A program made the position numbers and the translations under genes. From the NCBI GenBank assembly GCA_964016885.1, contig OZ024741.1, positions 319,982,001-320,046,000 of the forward strand: a stretch of DNA of 64,000 nt. Direction: 5' to 3'. Of the stretch, positions 51,106 to 64,000 are shown piece after piece. This DNA comes from Eledone cirrhosa (taxonomy: Eukaryota). The notes beneath the pieces were generated by a model. It had not been told where the DNA came from. It saw only the letters and a list, made by a program, of their open reading frames with translations, and ran no database searches. How positions within the stretch are numbered: the first letter of the stretch is position 1; every line of letters starts with the position of its first letter.

Positions 51106-53827
51106 GAATAGTGCAGACGATTGAAATTGTGATTTGAAATTTGAAATATATAAAATTAACTAAATATGTAGGACTACAGTTGTTGGATGTTGTGGTTGCC
51201 TACCATTAGAAAACGTTGTTTGTTTTGTTGATAAAAGCGAAAATATTAAATGAAATTGTATGTAGTTGAATTAATCTTACATTGCCATGCCAAAAGGTTA
51301 GTCTATGGTATATATTATTGCGACCATGCCAAGACAATCAAGAGATTACATCTCAGAAAGCTACTTCCAAACAAATAAATGAATACAGATTTACAAGCAA
51401 ATGTTGGATAGATTTCAATTGCAAAGAAATTGTATGTATGTATGTGTATGCATTTAACAAAGTAGTAAATAAAGAGGAATTATGAATTATAAATGGGTCG
51501 GAATAAAGAAACTGCAAGTAACATATACAATTAAAAACGAATAAACTGACACAAAGAATTACTAATAATCTGAATTTATTTCTGTTTTCTCCAATAAAAT
51601 TAGCAGCCAGCAGGAAGTGAAAAATAGTGATTATGCACAATTTCTTAACAAGAACACAAGAAAAATTATAGGACGTCTAGCGCATTTACATACAATAGTA
51701 TAAATATTGAATCTTAAATATATTACAAAATAAAAACCTAGGAAACATTATCATTTTTACATAAGTGTAAAGAGTACTTCGCATGTAATGGCTGCAATGT
51801 ATATTTTATAGCTAATACAAAACTGTAGATTTAACTAAAGCAACTAAAAGAGAACTATGTAAGAAAAAATTAAGCAAGATAAATGACGAGGAAAAGATCA
51901 GCAATTTTGTAGGAAGGGAAAAGTCAATTTAAAAAACCCATGGTTTGACTGTTAGTAAATTGTATATACCCGGGAGGATGAAATCTAATTTTGATCTCTG
52001 CCATATTTGAACTCGGTACATAAATATATATCATGAAGCACTTAGTTCAGCACCTTTACAGATTCGACTAATCAAAGTTAACAATATGAGAGAGAGTTGA
52101 GTCAATGAAATCGACTCCAGTACGTAACTGGTACTTTATTTTATCGACCCCCATAAGGATGAAATTCCAAATTGAACTTGCCGGGATTTGAAACAAATTC
52201 CGCACGGAATTTAGCCTAACGTTCTTATGATTTTGTCAACTGAAATTGATAATGGTATTAGAAAAACAGCCAGACTCTAGAAATGGATGGTTGCCAGCTG
52301 GTTGAAAATATTAATGACAAACATCACTTTTGGTTCACCCAGTTTTACACTGTTGACTTTTAAATCTTTCAAACTCTATGCTTAACAACATATATTTGCC
52401 AAAAAGAAACAATAATGTAGTTTTAGGAAATATTAATCATGCAAGAAAAACTCTTATCTCCAATAGTGACTTTTCCTCGACTGAAATTTTGATTCTACGA
52501 GTTCGCTTGTCATCAGTATTTGGTCGATTGGTAGTGCAGATATATTCAATCTAGTCGACCTAGATGTTGAAATGTATGCAAGCGTTGAACTCGCTACAAA
52601 AATAGGACGATATAGATATAATGGGCTAGCCGTGGCTCATGCCAACATGCATTCATTAGCTACTTTTGCGAAATACCTTATTAGCACACGTAATAATTTC
52701 GACCAAAAATAACAATAATATCTAATCTTAGTTTTGCTTGTATCTTAATGTCAATTTTCCCTCACATGCAAATACAAACCGCACAGAAAAACAAACGACA
52801 AAGGGCTCCCATATATTAACTCAAACTACTGTTCTCCACACATTATCCATTAGAAGGTTAGGTTCTGCAAGAAGAAGAGATCGACGGATAACTTCTTGTT
52901 GCCATGAAATTCCTATACGATCCCCTAGTATTTATGTTCGGACAAATGGTGCTTTGTCGAACATATTCAGGTATTGGACTACGGTAATGAATTGACACCT
53001 TCCATGTTTATAATTGTAAATACGCAACCGGGTTGCAAGTAATATCAAAACAGATGGGTGAAGGCGCATTTGCAGACAACATGGTACTACTTAACTCATC
53101 GCATGGTGATATCTGACATGCATTGGATTAAATGTTGATCCCTTGTCTTTGTTAATTCATATTGCGGCTATTGCTTCTCATTTTAATTCGTCATTTAATG
53201 CAGCTAACACCACTCCTGACTTGGTTTTTCACTAGATGTTTTGTTTGTTGATGATTCATTTAAGCCTCAAATTCTGCATGTAATACGGGCTACAATTAAA
53301 TGTATAATCACAAGTGCATGTTCGATTTTCATACACCAGTTAATAAATTAGAAGTTGCGAATATAGTTTTGTGAGACTGTCAAATATGTAGAAAATATTT
53401 AAATATTTCATATAACCATTGAATATTTACCCAGATATCTTAATAATTTCCATTCTAAAATATAGTTAGATTGAAACAAACAAATATTTCAATTAACATG
53501 ACGTGTTTATAAATATATTGTTTTATGTCACTGCTAATTACATTTTGCTTTGTACATTTGGCACAGCAATTATTTATTGCCATATTTCCTGCAATGTTAT
53601 TCAATGCATTTATAACAGTTAGTAATGTACTTTTTTAGACAGCCCAACATCAGCTACAATAATTTATCATTTGAGCACCATATTCATTTTATTCAATACT
53701 GCTAAACATTATACTACTTAACATAGCATAAAAACAAAATTTGTTTTCGCTCTAACATAATAGATACGTAAATGCATTCGCATGTTTTATACCGAATAAA
53801 AATAATAATATAAGGATATTATCAATA

Positions 53828-54020
53828 GTCGATGGATTGGCAGTATCGGTAGAGGGTAAGACGCCATGCTTTGCAGCATAAAGTTACGACTCTTTACGGT
53901 CTGAGTTCAAATCCCACCGAGCTTAACTTTGACTTTCATCCCTATAGGTTCGATAAAATAAAGCACTAGTAATGCACTGTGATAATTGCTAGCATTGTGC
54001 CAAAAGTACAAACAATTATT
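53828..54020 (+). mobile_element. SINE family A
   Basis: A/B boxes, body and tail. Confidence 0.9.
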
Positions 54021-54114
54021 ATTACTCGATTCGTTTGCAAGCAAACAACCTCATAGTCGTCTAGAAACACATTGAGTTACGAGGCTGCTTGCTTGCAAAC
54101 GAATCGAATATTAT

Positions 54115-54231
54115 TCCCGCCGTGGTTAACTTTGCCTTTCATCCTTCCGGGGTCGATAAAATAAAGTACCAGTAATGCACTGAGTATTCGCTGGTCTTGT
54201 GCCAAAAGAAGAAACAATTATTATTATTATT
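54115..54231 (+). mobile_element. 5'-truncated SINE family A, tail-to-tail with the Dong LINE
   Basis: Family 3' half ending in (att)n. Confidence 0.85.
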
Positions 54232-56727
54232 GTTCTTTGAGTCTCAGTCATTGATGCTATTTAACTGGAAAGTTTGTTGAAATGAATATCAAGCCGCTAC
54301 CTGCAGCCTTAGATATTCAGGACGTATCGGAGGGTTCTTGCTGTTCCCAGCAAGCATGCCTTTTGAAGTGTTCCAAAAAGCGGGGCTGAACTAATTTTCT
54401 TTAACTATGCTTGGAAACTCTTTGAGATAGTACCTAGTGCGCCTATGACAATCGGGACGACTCTGACTTCATGGCAGTTCCAAATCCTTTTTACCTCCCA
54501 CTTTAAGTTCTGGTATCGGTTAATCTTATCCCTCTCCTTCTCTTGCACTCTCGTGTCAAATGGGCAGGCTACATCTACAATCAGGCACAATCTTTTTTCC
54601 TTGTCCAAAACCACCAGGTCTATTGTGTTCCAGTTTCTTGTCCGTCTGTATCCTAAAACCCCATAGCACCTTCACCTGATCGTTTTCTATCACCGACTCT
54701 GACTTATGCTCATACCATTTCTCAGAATGTAGTAAATTATTTACTTTACGTAGGTGCCAGTGGATCACCCTGCCCATCACATCATGTCTCCAGGCTTTAT
54801 AGTGAGTCTGGGTTAGGTCTTTATACTCGGATACAATGTGAGCCACAGTCTCCTCTCTCTCTTCACAGATCCGACACAGTGGGCTAGCCTCCTACTTGTA
54901 AATATGGTGTTTCACCCACTTCGTTCTGAGGGCCTGCTCTTGCGCAGCCATTAGCATTCCTTCTGTAGCCTTTTTAAGGTCTCCTCTTTTTAACCAGTTC
55001 CATGTCTGTGGATCTCTGAATTCCGTTTTCTCAAAGAAGGTACTATGAAGGGATTTTTCATGAAGGTTGCTCATCCTCCTTGTTGTTATTTCCTCCTTGG
55101 ACATCCCCTGGTCTATTGTCCTCTCCTTCAGTACAATTCCCAGCATTGGCTCCCTACTATCAGTCACGTATTTATGCAGGTTATTTTCTCCATCTGAACA
55201 CAGTCCTCTATGCTGATAAGACCTCTTCCAGCTTCAGATTTCTTTAAGTAGATTCTATCGACATCACTCCTCTTGTGGAACATGTTATAGATAGTCAATA
55301 GCTTCCTAGTTTCCTATCCATCTCTTTTTTGTTCAGCAACATTCCATTTCAGAATTCCCGCACTGTACCTAATCATAGACACAGCTCGGGAACTTACTGC
55401 ACTTATGGCATTCCTACTATTCAGATGTGATTTTAATACGCTCCTTACCCTCCTAATGTACTCAGATCTTATCAACTCCTTCATTTTTTGTTCTTGATGT
55501 CATCTGCCTCCAGAACACTTAAATATTTGTATCCTTCTTCAGTGTCAATTTCCTTTATCATCTCACCTGTTGGTACCTGGATTCCGTTGCTTCTACTCAA
55601 TTTACCCCACTTCATCACTAGGACTCCGCACTTATTAATACCAAATTGAATACATATATCATTGCTTTAAAATACGGACAGTGTCAACAAGTACATCCAA
55701 CTCCTTCTCACTCTTCCCGAAGAGCTTAAGATCGTCCATGAAGAGGAGGTGGTTGATGGTAAGCTCTCCTTTTCCCAACTTGTATCCTGCTCTCACTTTT
55801 CGCTGTATAATGGTCAGGGGTATCAGGGCAAGGTCAAACGACAGAGAGGACAAACTATCTCCCTTGAAGATACCTCTCTTGATCTTCACGCCTCCCAAGG
55901 ATTCTCCAGCTGATGTTAACTCTGTTTTCCAGGACTTCATACTTTTGCCCAACAACTGTCTGATATTATCTGCCACCTTGAAGATCTCTAGGCTTTTGGT
56001 GATCCAAGAATGAGGCACCATGTCAAATGCCTTTTTGTAATCTATCAATCCCATGGCAAGACCAGTGTGTCTCCTCTTGCAATTCCTCATTACCATCTTA
56101 TCAATAAGTAACTGGTCCTTTGTACCACGGGACTTCTTTCGGCATCCTTTCTGTTCGTCCGGTAACAAGTTGTTTATGTGGAGGTGATGGTAGATGTCTT
56201 CAGACACAATGCTTGTTAACAGTTTCCACATTACGGACAGACATGTGATAGGTCTATAGTTGGTAACATCATTACCCTTGATTCGGTCTTTCATTACCAG
56301 AACTTTGGTACCTTTTATCAACCACTCTGGTACCTCACACGACATCAAGCAGTCATTGACCATGGTTGTCAGTTTCGGGTGGAGGGATGTTATATTTTTA
56401 ATCTAATACCCCTGCACACCATCTGGGCCTGGTGATTTCCAGTTGTTTAGTTTTTTGGCCTGCCCTTTAAGAGTTTCAACTGTGATACTCAAATCAGTTT
56501 GTTGGTGTGCTTGTTCACTAATCTCTTTTTGTACTGTCTCAATCCACACTGCCTGATCATTATGTTCAATATTCTGCTCCCGTATTCCTCTCCAGAATGT
56601 CTTAGTCTGTTCCGCCTCAGGGATCAAGTCGTTGCTTCTTTCTTCCCCTTCAAGCTGTCCAAACAACATCTGAGGAGCACCTGCTGAGTGAGAGTCTGTC
56701 ACATAACCTTCCAGTCTCCTCTTCACC
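54232..56727 (-). mobile_element. 5'-truncated R4/Dong-clade LINE (RT + CCHC + restriction-like endonuclease), decayed
   Basis: WKSPGPDGVQGY, NYRPITCL, EQKGCR..GTKDQLLID, DYKKAFDMVPH, HLLFMDDLKL, AAQEQAL, RHD, KWYEH, IQTD..HNRP, DVACPFD, VPIVIGALG; (TAA)n tail. Confidence 0.92.
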
Positions 56728-57131
56728 GTTATTCGAACTGTTTAGGTTCGACATTTAAACACTCACATCGAGGATTGGTGAATGTATGGTTACATAACCA
56801 CCGGTGATTTCATCACCCCCGGTGATTTTAGCGTGGCACCATCACGCTCTAGACGAACATAAATAATAAAAAAAAAAAACATAAGTTTCATTCTAATGTT
56901 TGAATGTCTGACTTAGTTTTTTGTTTTTTTTTCCTTTACGTTTTTCGTTTTTCAAGGCCCGTAACATCGGTTACTAGTGTTGTTGTTGCTGCTGCTGCTG
57001 TTTTTGATTTTACCTACGAGGGAAGTAGGGTTGTTGCGTTCAAAACTTTTGAAATTTGTTTTTGTTGTTGCATTTGTTTTTGTCTGTGTTCTGTTCGATA
57101 ATTTTTTCGGCTTGTTGCTTATCATTATTAT

Positions 57132-57330
57132 TAGGGGCGGTGGATTGGCAGTATCGTTAGAGAGTCGGACGTCATGCTTTCCAGCATAGTTACGTCCCTT
57201 TACGGTCTGAGTTCAAATCAAGCCGAGGTTTACTTTCCCTTTCATCCTTACGGGGTCGATAAAATAAAGTACCAGTAATGCACTGGTTATTTGCTGGCCT
57301 TGTGCCAAAAGTAGAAACAATTATTATTAT
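57132..57330 (+). mobile_element. SINE family A, full length
   Basis: ggggcggtggattggcagtatc...gaaacaattattatt, inside (att)n. Confidence 0.92.
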
Positions 57331-57924
57331 TATATTATAGTTTAGATTTAACATCGTTTAAACTAAACACTTTGAGAGAGTTTAGTGATACATGATGTTG
57401 TTGTCAGCTGTTTGACCGGGTCACTAACCCAGTCTATTTATATCTTTCGATGCCTTCCTCGCTTCTAGTCATGTATAGTGACACTACTACTATCCCTCTC
57501 TTAACAGGAGGTAGTGAGGGAATAGTGATGGTAGCGATGAAGCAGTGGTGGCGGTGGTGATGGGATAGTAGTACTATAGTGATGGTGTTGCTGCAGCCGT
57601 TGGTTTGTATTTTGATAAATCTTTTGTGGTAGTGGTGATGGTGGCGGCGGTGGTGGTGGTGTTGGTGTTGAAATTATTTGGCTGTTGTTTGTAACCATTT
57701 TCTTTTTTGACTATAAAATTTCCGATACAAAATTAAATATTAAATATTGGAGCCCTACGCCATAATGTGATGCGTTGTCACTTTCTGAGAGTTAATACTT
57801 GTATCTTATGTTCCATTTGTAATAAGAATTATTCTCTCACAATTGTTTTAAATATGTAAAAAATCAAAAACTTACGGGAGCGATTCCATAGCACTCTATC
57901 CACCATGTGCGTAACTTCCCTTCA

Positions 57925-57962
<38 letters not shown>

Positions 57963-57963
<1 letters not shown>

Positions 57964-58170
57964 GGGGCGGTGAATTGGCAGTATTGGTAGAGGGTCGGAC
58001 GCCATGCTTTGACGCATAGAGTTACGGCCCTTGCCATTCTGAGTTCAAATCCCGCCGAGGTTAACTTTGCCTTTTATCCTTACGGGGTCGATAAAATAAA
58101 GTACCAGTAATGTACTGAGTAAGTTGCTGGCCTTGTGCCAATAGTAGAAACAATTATTATTATTATTATT
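57963..58170 (+). mobile_element. SINE family A, full length, inside an (ATT)n array
   Basis: (att)n on both sides; directly upstream of the Tx1 LINE. Confidence 0.92.
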
Positions 58171-58377
58171 GGTCTAATCGGACGTATTTTGCTCGCTCCC
58201 AGTAAGTCGGTTTATTTGCCTGTTAAAATTATTTGTTGTTAAATATTTCTTGCTGTGTAAGGGATATAAGCCCTTAGACTTTGCTCCGTGAAGGGGAAAG
58301 TATAATATTTGGGCCGTTTGGCCCAAATATTTGAACTTTTTTTACATGTTAAAAAATTTACGGAGAAAAAAAAAAAC

Positions 58378-59955
58378 ATGGCTGAGCCACGCCCCCAGCG
58401 ATATGTCTGCTGTCGTGCGACAACGACGTAGAAGTTGAGAGGAGCGCTACAGCGAAATTAACACACATTGATAACACAAACATCACCACAAACAATGTAA
58501 ACAAAGACACCAATGATACCAATGAGAACTCTAATTTAAAAAAGAAAATGACAGTAAAAGCGACAACGAAAATACAGATAACAAAAAAAAAAATGACAAA
58601 TGCAACAACAATATCAACACCACTAACATGAAAACAAATAGCGACAACACTAACACCAACAATACCAACCGCACCGAGAACAACGGTGGCAACAAAGACA
58701 ACAATGAAAACAGCGACAGTGATAACAACAACACCAACAAGAACAACGACAACGACAACAACACCTCCAACGAAAACAAGAACACTTTCGCTGCGGCAGC
58801 AGCAAAAAAGAGGCCATGCTTCAACATGGATCTCTCAAACAAAGATGAAATGTTGGCCCAGGCATGGAAGCTCATCAAGCAAGAGCAAATCTGGGCCAAC
58901 TTAACTGTCCCGGTAGAAGCTATTGAGGCAGTGGAGCGCAGAACGGTGCATTATAGATGCATCTCAGTACAAACCAAAAGGGCAGCTTTAATCCCAAAAG
59001 CAGATGTCGAAGTCGCGCTGTGGTCCATCAGAGAAGACACCGAATACATAGAGAGGGGCAGACAGTACGGCACCATTTCGGGGCCGTTCAAGTCAGAAGC
59101 CCTCGCTATGAAACACGCTATGACTCCTTGCAAAACCAGCAAGGTCATAATGTACCTCTCCCACATGGGAAAAAGAACGGCCCGTTTCCGCTTTCCCAGA
59201 ATCCATCCCACCAGGACTTGACATGTGGTGGCTTCTGAGATGTGTGATTGTGGAGGGGACGGCTACCGTCCCTATAGAAGTGACCAGAACGGCCAGAGAG
59301 GACTGGTCTGGGGTTGACCTGGAAATCCTTCTCCAGATGAGGCCCGAGAATGTGAAGACAATCCCGGACCACATCCGCCTTCAGAATGGGACGGTCATTC
59401 ACATTATGACCGAAGGCAAAAGGCCGCAGTGTTTTGTTTGGGGAAAAAACTCATTTGCGAGCCATCTGCCCTCAACTGCTGAAAGAGGCAAGGGGTCGAA
59501 AGGCTCCACTGCTGGCGACGCCGGGGCGAGGACCACAACCAACACCAGCACCGGCAAAACCACCAACAACAACACCAATGAAAGATCACCACCAACATTG
59601 ACCACCCAGAGGGGAAACGAGGAAAGCTGTCAAATTCCCCCGCCCTCCAAAAATACACACACCAATAAAACAATAAACATACACACAGACACACTTACAG
59701 ACACAGAGCCCTCATCTACCAGTAGTGAAGATGAGGGAAAACCAAAATCTCCCAAAATACAAAAAAAGGAAATACAAAAAGAAAAAAAAAAACTCAACAA
59801 AGCACAAAATCACCCACAATAAAAAACGCAAACACCACCCACGTAAACATCTCTCCAATAACACCAACATCAACACCACCATCACTATCACCAGAATCCC
59901 CCAAACGCAAACAACCAAAACAGACGCAAGAACAAATATACACACAAATATCTGA
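58378..59955 (+). pseudogene. Tx1 ORF1 (Asn/Thr-rich ends, degenerate zinc knuckle)
   Basis: TFAAAAAKKRP...EGKRPQCFVWGK; frameshifted; start position uncertain. Confidence 0.6.
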
Positions 59956-60102
59956 AACCACAGACACCGCACTCACAACAAACACAGACACAACCGAAAC
60001 AATACCACCAAAACCATCACCACCACAGCCACGCAAACAAATAAAATCACACCAACAAAACATACATATACGTATATACATACAAACAAAACATACAAAC
60101 AT

Positions 60103-63100
60103 ACATATTAAGAGTAGGATGTTTAAATGTTCGAGGCCTGGGATCGTCCTGGAAGCAGGGTCACCTGGTCAACGACCTCAGGTCTATAGAAATGGATGTA
60201 ATTGCCGTCAGCGAGACCAGGATTTCCGACACGCGCGTACCAGCCCCCATTTTCGACGACTATCAGATCTTTGCATCTGTTAGCCGGCCGGGAATGGGAG
60301 GCGGGGTGGCAGTGCTGTTTAGGAAAGGCCTGGGTCTCGAGGTAAGGTCGATCTTCCGGAATCCGGGCAGGAAGTTGGTGGTCCTGGACGTGAACAATAA
60401 CGAAGGTGGTGCCTTTAGACTGGTGGCCGTCTATGCTCCTACTGGGGCAGGACTGCCGGACTTCTTTAGACGCCTGGAAGCCTTTCTGGGTACGTCTCGC
60501 CCTTTACTGTTAGCGAGGGACTGGAACGGCATGTTAGACGCACGCTGGGACTGTGTGGGAGTATCTGATAGAAGCGGGGGATGCAAAAGCCTCAAGAACC
60601 TGATCAGCCAGTTCCAACTGTCTGACAGGTACCGACTAGATTTCCCTAATGCGCCAGTGTGGACCTGGGCTAACCGCATAGGGTCATCTAGATCGTATGT
60701 AGACAGGATATTCATTAGGAAAATAGACAGAAATAGTGTAAGCTCTCCACGTTTTGAAATGGTCGCCTATTCAGATCACAAGTTTGTGATCTGTATGGTC
60801 GACCTAGATAAGACGCGTAGGTTAGGACCTGGTTACTGGAAGCTAAACATGTCATTTCCGGCACGTAACGCTTACAGGGACCAGGTCAACAATTTAGTTA
60901 AGAAAAGGTTGACAGGGGGAGTCGTCAACAATAGATGGTGGCGGGCTCTCAAAAGAGAGATAAGAATAATTTCGATAAAGTTTAGCAAAGAAGTAACGTT
61001 AGAGAAAAATAGAAAGGAGGGGGAGTTGGTAGATAAGTTAGGCGAGGGTATTGGTAGTGGCATTGCAACTGACGTGCTAGCGGCGAGAATAGCATTAGAC
61101 CATTTCTTCAATGTGAAACACGAAGGTTGCATTGTCAGAGTTAAGGCACGTGCTCTGAGAAACGAGGGAACCAAAGCTGTTCGATGGGCCCGCGTGGCAG
61201 AGGCGCAGTCTGGTAATAAAACCACGATTCGGTCTTTGACGGACCGAGATGGACACGATCTGAGCGACTCCAAGAGGATGTGTGAGGTCTTTTGCCAATA
61301 TTTTGCTCCGTTGTTCGGGGGAAGTGGCGGGTCAGAGATGGTGGCGGACTTCAGTCCCTACCTCGATGGCTTGCCGCAACTCTCGACGGCTGACGCTGGG
61401 CGCTGCGAAGGGCCAATTACATCAGTCGAGATTCAGGATGCCCTTGTCGGCTGCATGGGGCGCAAGTCACCCGGTTTGGATGGTCTGCCCGACGAGCTTT
61501 ACGTAAATATGCCTGACTTGTTCTCCAATCTCTTCGAAGCCCTCTACTGCAACTGGCAGCAAAACGGGAGTATTCCCAGGTCTGTGAGCCGGGGCGTAGT
61601 GACGCTGATAAGGAAAGACGAGTTTAAGATTTTGGCCAGGGTGTTAGCGAAGAGGTTGGCGCTTGTCGTCGGGGATTTGGTTGGGGAGGCGCAAACTTAC
61701 GCAATCCCAACTAGGTCCATACGTGACAACCTCCACCAAATTTGATATATCATACAAAGGTTAGGGTGTAAACCTGGCTTCGGTGGGGCTCTGATCAATT
61801 TAGATCAATCGAAAGCATTCGATAGGGTCGACCATCGGTACCTGGAGGCTGTTCTCAAGGCAGCTGGCTTCGGCCCCGTCTTCAGAAGCTGGATCGCTGC
61901 AATGCACAGCTGCACCTGCTCGATGGTCAAAATTAATGGCCACCTCTCGGAACCGTTTCAGGTCTCCCGATCGGTCCGTCAAGGGTTCCCTCTCTCCTCC
62001 CTTCTGTACGTATTGACACTCGAGCCTTTACTGCGGAAGCTGGAGCTGTTGCAGAGCATCCCGCTCGAACCGGGACGCGGAAAGGCTGTGTCGGCTTATG
62101 CGGACGACATCACCGTGATGGTGTCGGACACCTCAGAAATCGAGGTAGTCGCAACTTATTGGAGGAATTTGAAAGGTTGACAGGAGCAAAACTTAATCCG
62201 GAAAAGTCGGCGGGTTTGCAACTCGGCACCTGGAGAGGCAAGTCCATACCGTCCAACAGCGTCGTTAGGCGCTGGACGGACGGACCGGTAAAGTTGCTAG
62301 GGGTTTGGTTCGGGCCAGACCTCCAGGTGGATAAGAATTCGGACGAGGTGACGGGCAGGGTAACCAGTCTCACCCAGAAATGGGCTGGGATGAAGCTATC
62401 ACTGAAAGGTCGGGTGGAGGTGGCGAACGCGTACATCGCGTCCGTCATCTACTACCGTCTGACCGTCGTCCCTTGCCCCCGTTCGCACCTGGCCATCTTG
62501 GAGCGGCTCCTCTTCAAATTCTTGTGGAGGGGTCAGGTTCCGCTGGTGAGGCGGTCCATCTGCTGCCAGCACCCTCTACGTGGAGGGCTGGGCATGCCGT
62601 GGCTAATGATGCGCAGGCATGCGCTGACTGCGGCATCTCCAGATATTCTGCCTAAACGGTGAACAGGTTTGGTCGCCGTTTGTCAGACGGGCCTTTCCGC
62701 AGCTCGTTTCTTTGACTGAGTTGCAGTCCTGAGTCAAGAAGAGACCGAGACTGGGTGACTGGCATCTGAAATGTTGCCAGGCACTCACTGCCCTCTACCA
62801 GGTCAGAGTAACTTCCACTCTCGAGTTCTATAGAGGATTAGTGGTCGGCAAGTGCGACGACGCACTCGGAGAGGCTCTGGGAGTCAACGAGGTCGAACTA
62901 ACCAGTCTGTACCAGAGGACTTTCGAGCCGGGGACGATGGATAATTTCCAAAAATCCCTCGCTTTGCAGTGTTACCGGGGGGCACTGCCGGTTCGAGATA
63001 AACTCTACAGGCACGGAAGTGCTGTCAGACGGACCTGCCCGAGATGCGCGCAGAGCGACGAAACTGTTCTGCACACACTCGTCCAATGACCGTGTATTAC

Positions 63101-63451
63101 TGACTTGTGGAGTTATGTTGAACAGCTGTTGTCGCGTGTAGAACGGATCCGGCTATCGGCCAAGTCCATAGTGAAGATCGACCCGCCGCCTTCTTTTGGC
63201 CAGGAAGGGCAAGCAATTTTCCTCTGTCTGGTGGCAGTAGCGAAAGAGGTTGTATGGTGGACGAGGTTGAAAGACTGAAGACAGACACTTTTCTCTTCGG
63301 CCAATCCCTCATCAACTTTTTCAAGTTTCACTTGGAAAGGAAGGTGAGGGTGGAGAAAGAAGTGCTGCCCCCCAGTACATTTGCTGAAAGGTGGGTGAAT
63401 GTGGCGAGAATGGCCCTTGTGAGTGGGCCTACTCTGGTCATGCGGCTGTAG
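60103..63451 (+). pseudogene. Tx1 ORF2 (APE + RT + C-terminal Cys motif)
   Basis: GCLNVRGL, VSETR, VYAP, SYVDRIF, SDH, GPGYWKLN, KSPGLDGLP, KAFDRVDH, VRQGFPLS, AYADDI, CPRC..ETVLH; several stops and frameshifts. Confidence 0.92.
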
Positions 63452-63721
63452 GTAAATTTGAGGAGGAGAGGGGGTGCCCATCCAGGGTGCTCTCGAAGCG
63501 TCGGGTCGTTCAGGATTGGTGGGGTACTTGAGCGAACCCTGGGTGGTCATCCCCCCCCCCCTATTGGGGAATTTTTTCTTGTTGTAATTTTATTGTTACT
63601 TTGTTATTGTGATTCATATTTTTACTCGATTTTTCTGTAAAACCCCACTGTCCCAGTCTTTTGTATTCTCCCCTATATATCGGCCCTTGTGGCCAATAAA
63701 TGAAATAATAATTATTATTAT

Positions 63722-64000
63722 TGTTCTTTGAATCTCAGTCATTAATGTTAGCTAACTGGAAAGTTTGTTGAAATGAATATCAAGCCACTACCTGCAACCT
63801 CAGATATTCAGGACGTATCGGAGAGTTCTCGCTGTTCCCAGCAAGCATGTCTTTTGAAGTGTTCCAAAAAGGAAACTTTTTGAGATAGTACCTATTGCGC
63901 CTATGACAATCGGGACCACTTTGACTTCATGGCAGTTCCAAATCCTTTTTACCTCCCACTTTAAGTCCTGGTATCGGTTAATCTTCTCCCTCTCCTTCTC
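63722..64000 (-). mobile_element. 3' end of a second R4/Dong LINE copy (runs off the window)
   Basis: Colinear with 54232-54541 apart from a ~30-bp deletion. Confidence 0.9.

Larger units (their letters stand above)
58171..63710 (+). mobile_element. Apparently full-length L1/Tx1-clade LINE, decayed
   Basis: ORF1 and ORF2 remnants, 3' UTR, (att)n at both ends. Confidence 0.9.

Noticed and set aside
51110-53720. Possible host exons in microsatellite-poor sequence (also 21700-22560)
   Set aside because: No recognisable protein, only faint old LINE motifs such as FADNMVLL. Small exons cannot be excluded without transcript data.
57963-58060. tRNA gene
   Set aside because: The A/B boxes belong to the SINE head, with no full cloverleaf or poly-T terminator.

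Overview
This is AT-rich, microsatellite-saturated eukaryotic DNA, intergenic or intronic. Its repeat content suggests an octopus-like coleoid cephalopod, which is an inference. No host gene can be supported, and most ORFs in the supplied track are (TA)n/(CA)n/(GA)n artefacts. The recognisable content is transposon-derived: a nearly intact RTE LINE (44.25-47.5 kb, one 2-bp frameshift), a full-length decayed L1/Tx1 LINE (58.2-63.7 kb), R4/Dong-type LINEs, a CRE fragment, a Penelope-like (PLE) GIY-YIG fragment, a Tc1 remnant, tandem Helitron-like elements and about 20 copies of one tRNA-derived SINE. Two systems stand out. (1) About a dozen type I hammerhead ribozyme (HHR) motifs, several with intact cores and palindromic stem III, sit in non-coding units wedged into (TA)n runs. 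Many of these units are fold-back (inverted) structures, including a ~690-bp near-identical inverted pair bracketing the RTE. (2) The SINE and the Tx1 LINE share a 3'-terminal CUUGU stem-loop and an ATT target, suggesting a SINE-Tx1 partnership; both also abut the (TAA)n tails of Dong LINEs.
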